Part shown: one piece after another, positions 1-9,909 of the stretch
How the letters are laid out: every line of letters starts with the position of its first letter
Position numbering within the stretch: position 1 is the first letter of the stretch
DNA from: Rhodothermales bacterium
Lineage (GTDB): Bacteria; Bacteroidota; Rhodothermia; Rhodothermales; UBA10348
DNA: 64,000 bases
Assembly (NCBI GenBank): GCA_024711125.1
Contig: JANJTM010000034.1
Location: 8,547-72,546 of the forward strand
Direction: 5' to 3'
Translations under genes and position numbers: made by a program
The notes under the pieces: model-generated
Database searches by the model: none
What the model saw: the letters and a program-made list of their open reading frames with translations, nothing else
Told to the model about the DNA's origin: nothing

Positions 1-759
1 CCAGCCTCCGGGCACGTCGATCTTCACGTCGAAGCGCCCGAAGTTGTTGTAGAACTCGGAAGGGCCGAGGTAGGGATTCGTGTCCCATCCGCGCAGGTCG
101 TCGAGCTTGGCGAGCCGCGGAAACCACTGGGTGGGCTGGAAGAGCCGGTCCTCCCAGCGCTGCGTCATGCGGTGGCCCTGTCCGTTGGGGCCGCCGGGCA
201 GCTTGGTATGCCAGTCGATCTCGAGCGTGGCCGTCGAGTTCGGCGGGATCGGCGCGTCGAGTGACAGCGTCGCGACGGTCGACTGCAGCCCGCTCACGCC
301 GAACCACGGGGTCGGGGGCTGGTCGAATCGCCGCACGGGCGGCCGCGCGAAGAGGTCCACCTCGCGCCCGTCGAGCGCCATGCGCGTCACGACCATGCCC
401 TCGGTCTCCTCGGCCGGGACCGAGAATCCGCGCGGCACGTCGTCCCGGAAGATGTTGTGGTCGAGGCGCAGCACGATCCGGTCGAGCGGGCTGGGGCTGT
501 TGTTGCGGATCGTGATGCGTTCCGACCCCGAAATCACCTGCGTCGCGGGGTTGAGGCTGGCCTCGATCTCGAAGTCGGTCTCGAGCTGCCAGTAGTTCGG
601 TCCCGGTGTACCCGTTGCGTCGCGCGTCCCGGCGTCGAACGCCCGCTGGATCGCGTTCGTCATCGGAATCGTGCGACGAATGCCCCGTTCGGGGGCGTCC
701 TGGGCGGCCGCGGCGGGTGTGAGCAGCAGGGCGAAGAGGAAAACGGGCAGGAAGCGCAT
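1..759 (-). CDS. M1 family metallopeptidase, N-terminal part (runs off window start)
   Basis: Not in ORF track. Manual translation from ATG 759: signal peptide MRFLPVFLFALLLTPAAAAQ, then GTPGPNYWQ...QWFPRLAKLDDLRGWDTNPYLGPSEFYNNFGRFDVKIDVP, typical of Bacteroidota-type M1 peptidases; HExxH lies outside the window. Confidence 0.75.
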   Translation of the reverse strand, partial: MRFLPVFLFALLLTPAAAAQDAPERGIRRTIPMTNAIQRAFDAGTRDATGTPGPNYWQLETDFEIEASLNPATQVISGSERITIRNNSPSPLDRIVLRLDHNIFRDDVPRGFSVPAEETEGMVVTRMALDGREVDLFARPPVRRFDQPPTPWFGVSGLQSTVATLSLDAPIPPNSTATLEIDWHTKLPGGPNGQGHRMTQRWEDRLFQPTQWFPRLAKLDDLRGWDTNPYLGPSEFYNNFGRFDVKIDVPGGW

Positions 760-846
760 GGCGGTGCGGGTCGGGTTCGGCGGAAACGACCGACGGTACG
801 GAACCCAGGGACGCGGGGATTCACGAAAGTGTGACAATCGCGGGGC

Positions 847-2481
847 TCAGCGGCGCTCGAACGTCCACTCGGCCAGCAGCACCGTGCGGGGGTCGATCTC
901 GACGCGGTCGGGCGGGCCCTCGAGATTGATCGTGAGCGAGCGGCGGCCCGTTCCGTCGAGCCGCAGGGTGTGGATCGTGGGCACTTCCGACCCGTTCTCG
1001 TAAACCCCGATCTCGACGGGCAGGTCGAAGGAGTAGCCGTCCTTCTGCACCTGCTCGAGGTCGACGATGAGCTTCGAGTCGCCCTCGAAGCGCCACGATC
1101 CGTCGAGCACGGGGTGTCCGCCCTGGCGCAGCCACTGGTCGAAGAAGGCGCCGAGCGTGTCCCCCGAGGCGGTCTCCATGTGCCGCACGAGGTCCTCGGT
1201 GAGCGCGAAGTCGTTGAAGTGCTCGGTGTAGTACGCGCGGATGCCCGCCTGGAAGGCCTTGTCCCCGATGCGGTTGCGCAGCATGTGCATGAACCAGGCG
1301 CCCTTCTGGTACGTATGGCTCGAGGTCACCTTCGACATGTCGGCCAGGTTGGCGTGGATGACCGTGTAGTCCGGGTTGTCCTGGTGGAAGCGCCAGATCG
1401 TGCGGCGTGCGCCCTTGAGCCCGTCCACGAAATCACCCCGTCCGTAAGCGTACTCGCGGAAGAGCAGCGTGAAGTACGTCGTGATGCCCTCGCTCAGCCA
1501 GACGTGGTCCCAGTTGGCCTCGGTAACCGAGCATCCGAACCACTGGTGGGCGATCTCGTGGATGATGACGTTGCGCCAGCGCGTGTTGCCGTCCCCGACG
1601 ACCGAGTTCTCGGCATAGAAGATGGCCGAGGAGGCCTCCATGCCGCCGCCCACGCTGTTCGCCTGGATGTTCGCGAGCTTCTCGTACGCGAACGGCCCGA
1701 CGTAGTCCTCGAAGAACTCGAGCGAGCGCTTGGTGGGGCCGTCGAGGTCCAGGAATCCGGCCTCACGGTCCTCGGGGAAGACCCAGACCTGGATTTCCTT
1801 TCCGCGGAAATCGCCCACGCGGGCCATCGCCATTTCGGCGACGCCCAGGCAGTAGAGCCACGGCGAGGTGGGCACGGACTGCTTCCAATGGGTGCGCCGG
1901 CGATTCCCCCCGAGGTCGGTTTCTTCCAGGCGCAGCCCGTTCGAAACGACCTGGTACTTCGACGGGGCGTCGATGATGAACTCGTGCGTGGCCTTGTCGC
2001 CGATGTGGTCGACGGTCGGAAGCCAATGGTGCGTCCGGTTGGGCCAGTTGTCGCTGAAAAAAGTGCGCTTGCCGTGCCGGTTCTCGCGGATGAAGAGGCC
2101 GTTGTCGGGGATGCCGGTGTAATCGACGAGGATCTGGACCGTGCTGCCGGCATGGCTTCCGGGCGGAAGGGCAAACGTCAGGGCGTCGTTCTCGTGCACG
2201 AACCGTGTCGGGGTGCCGTTGGCGAGGACCTGGCGCACGTGCATGCCGCGTCCGCCGCGCTCGTCGGTCGGGCTGACGAGATCTAGCCGCATCTCGCTCA
2301 CGCCGTCCTGGACCACGCGCACGATGACGACGGCGTGTCCGGAGATCTCGTTCGACTGGTCGCCGAGTTCGAGCTGGAAGCGGTAGTGCTGCACGTCGAT
2401 CCCTTTCTGGACGGGATATGGGTCGGCGGCGACAGGCAGGACGAGCAGCGCGGCGAGAAGCAGGGCGATCGGTCGGGTCAT
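847..2481 (-). CDS. Secreted M1 family aminopeptidase
   Basis: Signal peptide MTRPIALLLAALLVLPVAA; GGME (GAMEN-like) motif; HEIAHQWFG...WLSEG zinc motif; YQKGAWFMHMLR. Confidence 0.92.
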   Translation of the reverse strand: MTRPIALLLAALLVLPVAADPYPVQKGIDVQHYRFQLELGDQSNEISGHAVVIVRVVQDGVSEMRLDLVSPTDERGGRGMHVRQVLANGTPTRFVHENDALTFALPPGSHAGSTVQILVDYTGIPDNGLFIRENRHGKRTFFSDNWPNRTHHWLPTVDHIGDKATHEFIIDAPSKYQVVSNGLRLEETDLGGNRRRTHWKQSVPTSPWLYCLGVAEMAMARVGDFRGKEIQVWVFPEDREAGFLDLDGPTKRSLEFFEDYVGPFAYEKLANIQANSVGGGMEASSAIFYAENSVVGDGNTRWRNVIIHEIAHQWFGCSVTEANWDHVWLSEGITTYFTLLFREYAYGRGDFVDGLKGARRTIWRFHQDNPDYTVIHANLADMSKVTSSHTYQKGAWFMHMLRNRIGDKAFQAGIRAYYTEHFNDFALTEDLVRHMETASGDTLGAFFDQWLRQGGHPVLDGSWRFEGDSKLIVDLEQVQKDGYSFDLPVEIGVYENGSEVPTIHTLRLDGTGRRSLTINLEGPPDRVEIDPRTVLLAEWTFERR

Positions 2482-2542
2482 GGGCTTGCGAGTGTTCGTT
2501 TGTTGCGGAGTTGTTCCGGTCGGCGGCGCGTGACACGAGTCG

Positions 2543-3985
2543 TCATTCGAGCCCCAAAGCCACCGCGGCGAAGAGGAAAACGGCCGAGAGGGCAATCATC
2601 CACCCGAAGAGCGGGAGGATGAAGCGCAGCCACTTCTCGTACGGGATGCCGGCCAGCCCGAGCATCGCCATGAGCAGGCCCGAGGTCGGCACGAGGAGGT
2701 TCGCGAAGCCGTTTCCGCACGTGTACGCGAAGATCGCGACCTGGCGCGTCAGGCCCAGTACGTCGGCGAGCGGAGCCATGATCGGCATCGTGACGGCCGC
2801 CTGGCCCGACGCCGAAGGAATGAAGAACGCGAGCCCGGTCTGGAAGGTGAGCATGCCCGCGGCGGCGATCCACGACGGAAGGTGCTGCAGGCCCGACGCG
2901 GCGGCATACACGACGGTGTCGAGGATCTGCCCGTCGTCCAGCACCACCTGCACGGCCCGCGCGAACCCGATGGCGAGCCCGCCTACGACCATGTCCTCCA
3001 TGCCGCGGGCGGCGGCCCGGGCGGCTTCGCCGAGCGGAAGGCCCGACACCACGATCGCGACGATGCCCATGAGCAGGAATCCTCCGCCCATTTCGGCCAT
3101 CCACCAGCCCTTGGCCTGCACGGCGTAGAGGATGTAGACGAAGATGGCGAGGCACGACCAGAGGATCGTGGCGTGCCGGCGGTCGAAGGCGGGCACGTCG
3201 GCCGAGAGCGCCTCGATCTCGAACGTATCGTCCGGCATGACCGACAGCGACCGGTCCCGCTTCACCCGGGCGCCGTAGCGCAGGATGTAGAGCAACATGA
3301 GCGCCACCGCCGATGCGAAGAAGAGCAGGCGGAAGCCCAGCAGCGAGTTGATTTCGAGTTCTGCGATCGACTGGGCGATGTTGGTGCTGAACGGGTTGGT
3401 CGTGGCGGCCGCGAACCCGACGGCGCTCGCCGTGAAGACCAGCGAGAGCCCGAACACGCGGTCGTACCCCAACTCCTTCGACACGATGAGGAAGAGCGGA
3501 ACGAGCGGAATGAACTCCTCGCCCATGCCGAGCGTCGAGCCGCCGATCGCGATAGCGGTCATGAGCACGACCGTAAGCGCCGGTCCCGAGCCCCGGAACC
3601 GGGTGAGCAGCCGCTGCAGGCCCGCCACGATCGTGCCCGTTCGCTGCAGGATCCCGAAGACTCCACCCAGCACGAACACGAAGAAGATGATGTCGGCCGC
3701 GGCTTCCATTCCGCGCGGCACCGCGCTCAGGAAACCGACCAGGCTGACCGGGCTGGCCGCACCTTCGCTCGCTTCGCCTTCGATCGCGCCCCGGACCGAG
3801 TAGTGTTTCGGGACCTCGGCGTAGCTGCCGGGCACGATCACGTTCCGCTCGATCGGGCCGACCTGGAGGGTCTGCCGTTCGTATCGCCCCGACGGCACGA
3901 TCCATGTCAGCAGGCTCGAGAACAGGATCACGCCCAACAGCATCACGAAGACGTGGGGGATCCGGAAACGATCGAGGGAGGGCAT
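2543..3985 (-). CDS. YfcC-family (DcuC-like) membrane transporter
   Basis: RIPHVFVML...LTWIVPSGRYER start, FIPSASGQAAVTMPIMAPLAD motif, IPYEKWLRFILPL end, many TM helices. Confidence 0.88.
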   Translation of the reverse strand: MPSLDRFRIPHVFVMLLGVILFSSLLTWIVPSGRYERQTLQVGPIERNVIVPGSYAEVPKHYSVRGAIEGEASEGAASPVSLVGFLSAVPRGMEAAADIIFFVFVLGGVFGILQRTGTIVAGLQRLLTRFRGSGPALTVVLMTAIAIGGSTLGMGEEFIPLVPLFLIVSKELGYDRVFGLSLVFTASAVGFAAATTNPFSTNIAQSIAELEINSLLGFRLLFFASAVALMLLYILRYGARVKRDRSLSVMPDDTFEIEALSADVPAFDRRHATILWSCLAIFVYILYAVQAKGWWMAEMGGGFLLMGIVAIVVSGLPLGEAARAAARGMEDMVVGGLAIGFARAVQVVLDDGQILDTVVYAAASGLQHLPSWIAAAGMLTFQTGLAFFIPSASGQAAVTMPIMAPLADVLGLTRQVAIFAYTCGNGFANLLVPTSGLLMAMLGLAGIPYEKWLRFILPLFGWMIALSAVFLFAAVALGLE

Positions 3986-4006
3986 GGCGGTCTGTGGCAA
4001 CGGCGG

Positions 4007-5503
4007 TCAGCGGCGCTCGACCGAGCGCGCGATGCGGCGATTCGCGGCGAAGAGCAGGCCGAGCACGACGGCCCACTGCAGCACGATGGTGGCCAGGCTC
4101 TCGGTCGCGAACGGATCCCACCACCGGTCGGTCACGGCGAGCGAGAGCCACCACGCGAGCAGGGCCACGGCGGCGACGGGGATGGCATACTTCACCACGT
4201 AGATCCAGCCGCGGGTCACGGTCCAGTCGCCTTCCCGTCCGACCAGGTGTTCGGCGCGCAGCTTCTCGACGCCGTTCGTGATGACCAGGATCGCCACGAA
4301 GAGACCCGAGATCATGAGCGCCACGCCCCAGACGAAGTCCTGGTTCGAGAGGATGCCGAGGTGCAGCGCCGACGGAATGCCGAGCAGGTAGCTGATTCCG
4401 ACCACCACACCGATCGCTTTCGGACGGCTCATGCCGGTGTCGATCACGACGCGCGCCGGCAGTTCGAGTTGGGCCACCAGCGACGAGAAGCCTGCGAACG
4501 TCAGCCCGAGGAAAAACAGGATGGCCAGGGGGCTGCCGAAGGCCATTTTCGCGAAGAGCTGCGGCATCCAGATGAACGTGAGGCCGGTCGAGGCCGGTCC
4601 GCTGTTCCGCATGATTTCCAGGACCTGGGCCCGGCTCATGCCCATCTCGGTCTGCAGGATGCCGAAAACCGTGGCGAAAACCATGATCCCGGCGAGCAGC
4701 GAGACCGTGTTGTTACCCACTGCCGTGGCGACGGCATTCCGCACGATGCCCTGCTTCGTGCTCATGTAGGCGGCGTACGTCAGGAACAGGCCCCAGCCCG
4801 CCCCGGTGTCCCACGCGTTCTGCGTCAGCGCCTCGATCCAGATGCGCGGCTTCGCGAGCTGGCCCCACTCGGGGCGGAAGTAGTACGCGATGCCTTCCCA
4901 TGCGCCGGGCAGCAGCAGGGCGCGCACGACGGCGATCAGCACGATGACGAGCAGGGTCGGAACGAGCACCTTGTTCACCCGCTCGATCGAGGAGACGCCC
5001 TTCCAGATGGCGAGGGCGCCGAGCCCCATGGCGATGGCGTGGAAGAGCAGGGGCCATCCGCCCGCCTGGTAGGCGTCCCAGGCGGCCATGGCCTCGTCCG
5101 TGGACTGCGGAAGGGGCACGAAGATCGAGCGCCCGAGGTAGTAGATGCACCAGCCGACGACGACCGAGTAGAAGAACGTGATCGCGGTCGCGACGAAGGC
5201 GACGAAAGCGCCCATCCACGCGAACCGCTCGCCGCCCTCCCGTACGAACGTCGCCACGACGCCCATGCGGTGCTTGCGCCCCCACGCGTATTCGATCATG
5301 ATGAGCGGAATCGACCACGCGAAGAGGAAAACCACCCACGCGACGAGGAACGCTCCCGCGCCCTCTTCGCCGCCGTTCTGGGCGACGATGCGCGGAAAAC
5401 GCCAGATGTTGCCCGTGCCGACGGCGATGCCGAGCACGCTGAGCAGGAAGCCGAGCGTGGAAGTGAAGCGGGGTCCGGTGTTCTCGGTCAGGGTGGAGGT
5501 CAT
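4007..5503 (-). CDS. Sodium-dependent transporter, NSS/SNF family
   Basis: RFTSTLGFLLSVLGIAVGTGNIWRFP signature, GAGAFL, about 12 TM helices. Confidence 0.92.
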   Translation of the reverse strand: MTSTLTENTGPRFTSTLGFLLSVLGIAVGTGNIWRFPRIVAQNGGEEGAGAFLVAWVVFLFAWSIPLIMIEYAWGRKHRMGVVATFVREGGERFAWMGAFVAFVATAITFFYSVVVGWCIYYLGRSIFVPLPQSTDEAMAAWDAYQAGGWPLLFHAIAMGLGALAIWKGVSSIERVNKVLVPTLLVIVLIAVVRALLLPGAWEGIAYYFRPEWGQLAKPRIWIEALTQNAWDTGAGWGLFLTYAAYMSTKQGIVRNAVATAVGNNTVSLLAGIMVFATVFGILQTEMGMSRAQVLEIMRNSGPASTGLTFIWMPQLFAKMAFGSPLAILFFLGLTFAGFSSLVAQLELPARVVIDTGMSRPKAIGVVVGISYLLGIPSALHLGILSNQDFVWGVALMISGLFVAILVITNGVEKLRAEHLVGREGDWTVTRGWIYVVKYAIPVAAVALLAWWLSLAVTDRWWDPFATESLATIVLQWAVVLGLLFAANRRIARSVERR

Positions 5504-5590
5504 GGTCGGCTCGCGTGGGGGTGCGGGCCGAAGGTACACGACCGCGTCGAAATGGGCGAGTCGGGGGCGAACCCCGGAGGCCGCGGACGG

Positions 5591-7225
5591 TCAGTTCACG
5601 CGTCTCGACTCGACGTAGAACCCGCGATCGACCGTCAGCGAGGTCCCGGCCGAGCCTCCGACCGCCGTCGTCTGCCACCGCTCCGTGGGATGAAGCCGCA
5701 TGGGCGGCGCAGAGCCCAGCGACACGTCGACCGGCATCGTGAACCCGTGCACCACGTTCTGCCAGCGGTAGGAGAGCACCCCGTCGCCCAGCCGCCACTC
5801 GAGCACCGGCACCCTCGTCGTGCGCAGGTACTGGTCGAACACGAGGTTGAGATCCAGCCCGGATTCCCGCGCGATGTAGGACTCGACGTCGGCCCCCGGA
5901 ACGATGCGGTGGCGGAATTCCGCATTCAAGCCCCGCAGGATGCGCCGCCAGGCCTCGTCGTTGCCCACGAGCCGGCGGATCGTGTGCAGCATGTTGCCGC
6001 CCTTGTCGTAGATGTCGGCGCCGCTCGTGTTCACGCCGTAGGGGCCGATCACCGGTCGGCGGTTGCGGATGTTCCGGCGTGTTCCGACCACGTAATCCTC
6101 ACCGAACTCCTTCGACCCCGTCAGGCACTCGGTGAGCAGGTTCTCGCTGTAATTCGCGAAGCTCTCGTGCACCCAGTTGTCGGCGATGTCGCTGGCGGTG
6201 ATGTTGTTGCCCCACCACTCGTGGGCGCTCTCGTGCACGACGATGAAGTCCCACTTGAGCCCGTGCCCACTTCCCGAGAGGTCCCGCCCGCGGTACCCGT
6301 TGGCGTAGCCGTTGCCGTACGTGACGCCCGACTGGTGTTCCATGCCGAGGTAGGGCACCTCGATGAGCTGGTATCCGTCCTCGTAGAAGGGATAAGGGCC
6401 GAACCAGCGTTCGAAGCACTCCATCGTCATCCGCGCCTGGGTCCATTGCGCGCGCGCCTTCTCCAGGTTCTCTTCGAGCGGCCAGAAGTTCATCGTCAGC
6501 GGGCCGTTCTCCCCCGCATAGGTCTCGGTCCAGTGGGCATAGCTGCCGGCGTTCACCTCGACCGAGTAGTTGTTGATGGGGCTCGTCACGACCCACTCGA
6601 AGGTGGTCGTTCCGTTTCCGTTGGCCGTGCGCGACCGCAGCCGGCCGTTCGACACCGCGACCATCGGGTCGGGTACGGTGATCGCCGTGCGCTGGCTGTC
6701 GGGTTCTTCCGACTGCAAGTCCTTGTTGGGCCACCAGATACTGGCGCCGAGGCCCTGGTTCGAGGTCGCGACCCACGGGCGGCCTGCGGAGTCCTCTTCC
6801 CACTGCCATCCGCCGTCCCAGGGCGGGTTCACGGCGACGCGGGGTTTGCCGCCGAAGTGTGCGACGACGGTCTGCAGGCTGCCTACGGTCTGCGGCGGCA
6901 TCTCCACGAACCAGGCGTTGCCGTCCTGTCGCACCGGCAGGTTCCGACCGGCGTGCGTGACGCGGTCCAGGCGCATGGGCGGCTGCAGGTCGAGCTGCAT
7001 CTCACCGGACGGAGCCACGACCCGGTAGGAAATACCGACCGTGCCCTCGAGCGCGCTGTCGGCCGGCGAGACCCGTACGGCGAGGTCATAAAACGTGACG
7101 TCCCACCAGGCGCGGCCCGGGCCGTTGGAGCCGCGCAGGGTGTCCTGGCGGGTGAATTCGGGGCGCTGCGCCACGGCAGAACCCGAGAGCGCGAGGAGAA
7201 CGAGGAGCAGGAGGCCGCGAGTCAT
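5591..7225 (-). CDS. Secreted M1 family aminopeptidase
   Basis: Signal peptide; FTRQDTLRGS; YLGMEHQS; HESAHEWWGNNIT...WVHE zinc motif; YDKGGNMLHTIR. Confidence 0.92.
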   Translation of the reverse strand: MTRGLLLLVLLALSGSAVAQRPEFTRQDTLRGSNGPGRAWWDVTFYDLAVRVSPADSALEGTVGISYRVVAPSGEMQLDLQPPMRLDRVTHAGRNLPVRQDGNAWFVEMPPQTVGSLQTVVAHFGGKPRVAVNPPWDGGWQWEEDSAGRPWVATSNQGLGASIWWPNKDLQSEEPDSQRTAITVPDPMVAVSNGRLRSRTANGNGTTTFEWVVTSPINNYSVEVNAGSYAHWTETYAGENGPLTMNFWPLEENLEKARAQWTQARMTMECFERWFGPYPFYEDGYQLIEVPYLGMEHQSGVTYGNGYANGYRGRDLSGSGHGLKWDFIVVHESAHEWWGNNITASDIADNWVHESFANYSENLLTECLTGSKEFGEDYVVGTRRNIRNRRPVIGPYGVNTSGADIYDKGGNMLHTIRRLVGNDEAWRRILRGLNAEFRHRIVPGADVESYIARESGLDLNLVFDQYLRTTRVPVLEWRLGDGVLSYRWQNVVHGFTMPVDVSLGSAPPMRLHPTERWQTTAVGGSAGTSLTVDRGFYVESRRVN

Positions 7226-7339
7226 CGTCGATGCGGTTTGGGAAGGCGTGCGTGGGGCGGAATATCGGCCAAACGCAGGCAATCGTCTCGACGCCCGCGG
7301 GCAAATCGCGTCGGGTGGGCGACGACCGCGACCGGCCCC

Positions 7340-7375
7340 CCGCTTCCGCTTCCGTTCCCGCTCCCGCTTCCGCTC
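7340..7375. repeat. Hexamer tandem repeat (CCGYTY) x6
   Basis: ccgctt ccgctt ccgttc ccgctc ccgctt ccgctc abutting the stop codon of the hemolysin III gene. Confidence 0.75.
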
Positions 7376-8015
7376 AGGCGATCGCCAAACGGAGGGCCAC
7401 GAAGTGGCAGCCCGTGCCCGCGAGCACGCAGAGGTGCCACACCAGGTGGAAGTAGCGCTTGCGGTCCAGCGCGTAGAATGCCACGCCGCCGGTGTAGGCG
7501 ATTCCGCCCGCAGCGATCCACGCAAGGACGTCCGGCGTCAGTTCCGACCACATCGGGCGGATGGCGACCACCACGAGCCATCCCATCAGCAGGTACAGCC
7601 AGACCGGCGCGTGATCGCGACGCAGCCGGGGGTGGACCTTGAACAGGATGCCGAGCAGCGCGAGGGTCCAGACGGCGGCAAGGAGGGACCAGCCCCAGGG
7701 CCCGCGCAGGGGGCCGAGCATGAACGGGGTATAGCTGCCCGCGATGAGCACGAAAATGCCGATGTGGTCGAGGTGCCGCAGGATCCGCTTGGCGCGGCCG
7801 TGGCCCAGCGCGTGGTAGGTCGACGAGGCGCCGTAGAGAAAAAGCGCCGACAGCGCGAAAACCACGACGCCCACCACGACCAGGGGCGACGAGGATTCCG
7901 TGAGACTCGCCAGCAGGAGCGGCAGCGCGGCGACGGCACCCACGGCGCCGAGGCCGTGGCTGACGCTGTTGGCGATTTCTTCGCCCCGGTTTTGCGGGCG
8001 CTTCGGCGTGGTCAT
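7374..8015 (-). CDS. Hemolysin III / PAQR family membrane protein
   Basis: EEIANSVSHG, SSTYH, LDHIGIFVLIAGSYTPF, HLVWHLCVLAG motifs. Confidence 0.93.
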   Translation of the reverse strand: MTTPKRPQNRGEEIANSVSHGLGAVGAVAALPLLLASLTESSSPLVVVGVVVFALSALFLYGASSTYHALGHGRAKRILRHLDHIGIFVLIAGSYTPFMLGPLRGPWGWSLLAAVWTLALLGILFKVHPRLRRDHAPVWLYLLMGWLVVVAIRPMWSELTPDVLAWIAAGGIAYTGGVAFYALDRKRYFHLVWHLCVLAGTGCHFVALRLAIA

Positions 8016-8185
8016 GTCGGGAAAACCGATTCGGGCAGTGCCGCGTGTGTCGCTTGATGTGCCGGCGTGGCGGGCTACCGTAACGTCGCCGGCGTAATGA
8101 GACGCACCGTGGCGACGTTCGTTCGGGCGGTGCGGGCGTACAGCCGGCGCCCTCGACGTTCCGCCCGGCAGGGTCAGCCCCACAT

Positions 8186-8367
8186 TCTGGAAAAAAAAAG
8201 CCGAAAGTCGACATATTCGCCCTGTTTTGAGGCCAAAAACATCGAAAGACGGCCGAAAGTCGACATATTCCCCCGGTTTTTGGGCCGAAAACATCGACAA
8301 AGGGGCCAAGATTCCAATTGCGCGCCCTTCCGCGCCCTTCCGCACCCTTCCGCGCCCTTCCGCGCCC
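8186..8367 (-). repeat. Dispersed palindromic intergenic element, copy A (two 52-bp-period units plus CGCGCCCTTC x4 tandem)
   Basis: Direct repeat gccgaaagtcgacatattc at 8200 and 8252; 10-mer tandem from 8321; reverse complement aligns without gaps to 33646-33765. Confidence 0.85.
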
Positions 8368-8509
8368 CGGGAGGAGTGAAATGGGCCACCGTTCCGGTCC
8401 ACGGAGATGCATGGCCGCCCTCGGTGCCGCAGGCGCCCGTGCCCGAGAGCTGGTCCATTGGTTGGCCGCCCGGGCCGAGCCTGGTGGCACGCCGTACCCA
8501 TGGCCCGCC

Positions 8510-8530
8510 GCGGGTTGATGCATAACCCGC
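8510..8530. promoter_or_regulatory. Near-perfect 21-bp palindrome, possible operator
   Basis: GCGGGTT-G-ATGCAT-AACCCGC, 65 bp upstream of the kinase relic ATG. Confidence 0.3.
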
Positions 8531-8595
8531 ATCGCGAACGTCCGGCAGCAGTCGGTCAACTTCGCATCCCTGATTTCAAGTCGCGCTCCCGCCCC

Positions 8596-9784
8596 ATGAC
8601 CGGCATCACCCTCGCCCAGTATCGCATCGACGCCGAGCTCGGCCGCGGCGGCATGGGCGCGGCATGGAGGACCGACAATGTCCTCCTGTACACCTCGAAT
8701 ACCGACTCCTCCCTGTGGAGCGTGGGCATCGACGGCGGCCAGACCGAGGGCGAGATCATGGTGCGGCCGTTCGACCCCGGATCGCGTCGATTCACGGGCG
8801 ACGAGACCCCGGCCGGGCTGGGCGAACAATCGTGCCGATCGGTTGCGGTGAGCGGGGAGGGCACGGCCGTCATCGGGGCGGAAGCAGCCCGCAGCGACGA
8901 AGCCTGTTCTGGCTCTCGGCAGACGGCGCGGTCCTCGAGGCGCTCGCCGACCCGCCCGTATCGATCGACGAGTCGTCCGCACCCCGGTCGGCCGAACGGA
9001 TGTCGATTTCTCCCGACGCCTGTTGGCTCGCCACCGTCGTGCGAACGACGAGCGGAAGCGATGTATACCTGCAGGACCTCAAGGGAGGCGCGCCTCGCCG
9101 CTTGACCCTGACCGAGCGCGCCTTCCACCCGACCTTTTCGCCCGACGGGCGGTGGATCTACTATGCGGAGCAAACCGACTCCGTCCTGGTGATCATGCGC
9201 AAGCGAGCGGATCAGTCGGGCGGCGCAGAGTTCACCGGGGTGTCCGGACCGTGGCCGGACGTGTCTGCCGACGGATCGCGACTGCTCGCGATGAGCGAAT
9301 GGTGGGAGCCGGGGCGCGTCTTCGATCTCGAGGCATCCGCCATGCCGTCCGCCGGAATGCCGATTCCGGGCACGCAGGACGATCGTGAAGGGGCAATTTC
9401 GCCGGATGGCCGATTCCTCGCGACCGATGGACCCGAGGCATCATGGTGCGCGAAGTCGGTGGCACCGCCGTATTCCAGGTGGCGCTCGGCCTGCCCTCGC
9501 AGTCCCGTCCCAGGTGGTCGCGCGACGGTCGCCATCTCTACTTCGCATCCCGGGTTTCTCTGTTTCGGATACCCGTCACCCTGTCGCCGATATTCGACTA
9601 CGGTCAGCCTGAACGGGTCGCGGACGACCTGGGTGGTCTATTCCGGTTCGATCTGCATCCGGGCGGCGAGCGCATACTGGTTTGGGGGCAGCTGCCAGGC
9701 TCGGGGAACGACGCCCCATCCCTGCGCATCGTATTCAACTGGTTCACGCGGCTTCGGGCGATAGCTCCTGTCGGTCGCGGCTAG
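8596..9784 (+). pseudogene. Relic of Ser/Thr kinase-PD40 gene (kinase domain deleted, two frameshifts)
   Basis: Starts MTGITLAQYRIDAELGRGGMG like its paralogs, then jumps directly into propeller sequence; continues across three frames (shifts near 8875 and 9437) with PTFSPDGRWIYY, ISPDGRFLA, PRWSRDGRHLYF and ends LRIVFNWFTRL. Confidence 0.85.
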
Positions 9785-9909
9785 AGGAGGCCCGGGGGGT
9801 CTGGGGGGGCGCAACGCGGAGCCGCCCGCTCCCTGTTGAGGGATTGTGAAGATCGGCGTCAGGCGCCTACCTTGACTATGCTACCCCCCACTGTTCGGTG
9901 ACCCCCCGG

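Noticed and set aside
2882-7642. Very long antisense and alternate-frame ORFs (e.g. 1586 aa here; also 12685-16920, 34537-38199)
   Set aside because: Shadow ORFs from high GC3 codon bias opposite clearly recognisable genes; no motifs
8200-8300. CRISPR-like mini-array (repeat with 52-bp period)
   Set aside because: Only two units, the intervening sequences resemble each other rather than being unique spacers, and there are no cas genes
9794-9809. G6-TCT-G7 tract as G-quadruplex or phase-variable switch
   Set aside because: Only two long G runs in a GC-rich genome; no supporting evidence
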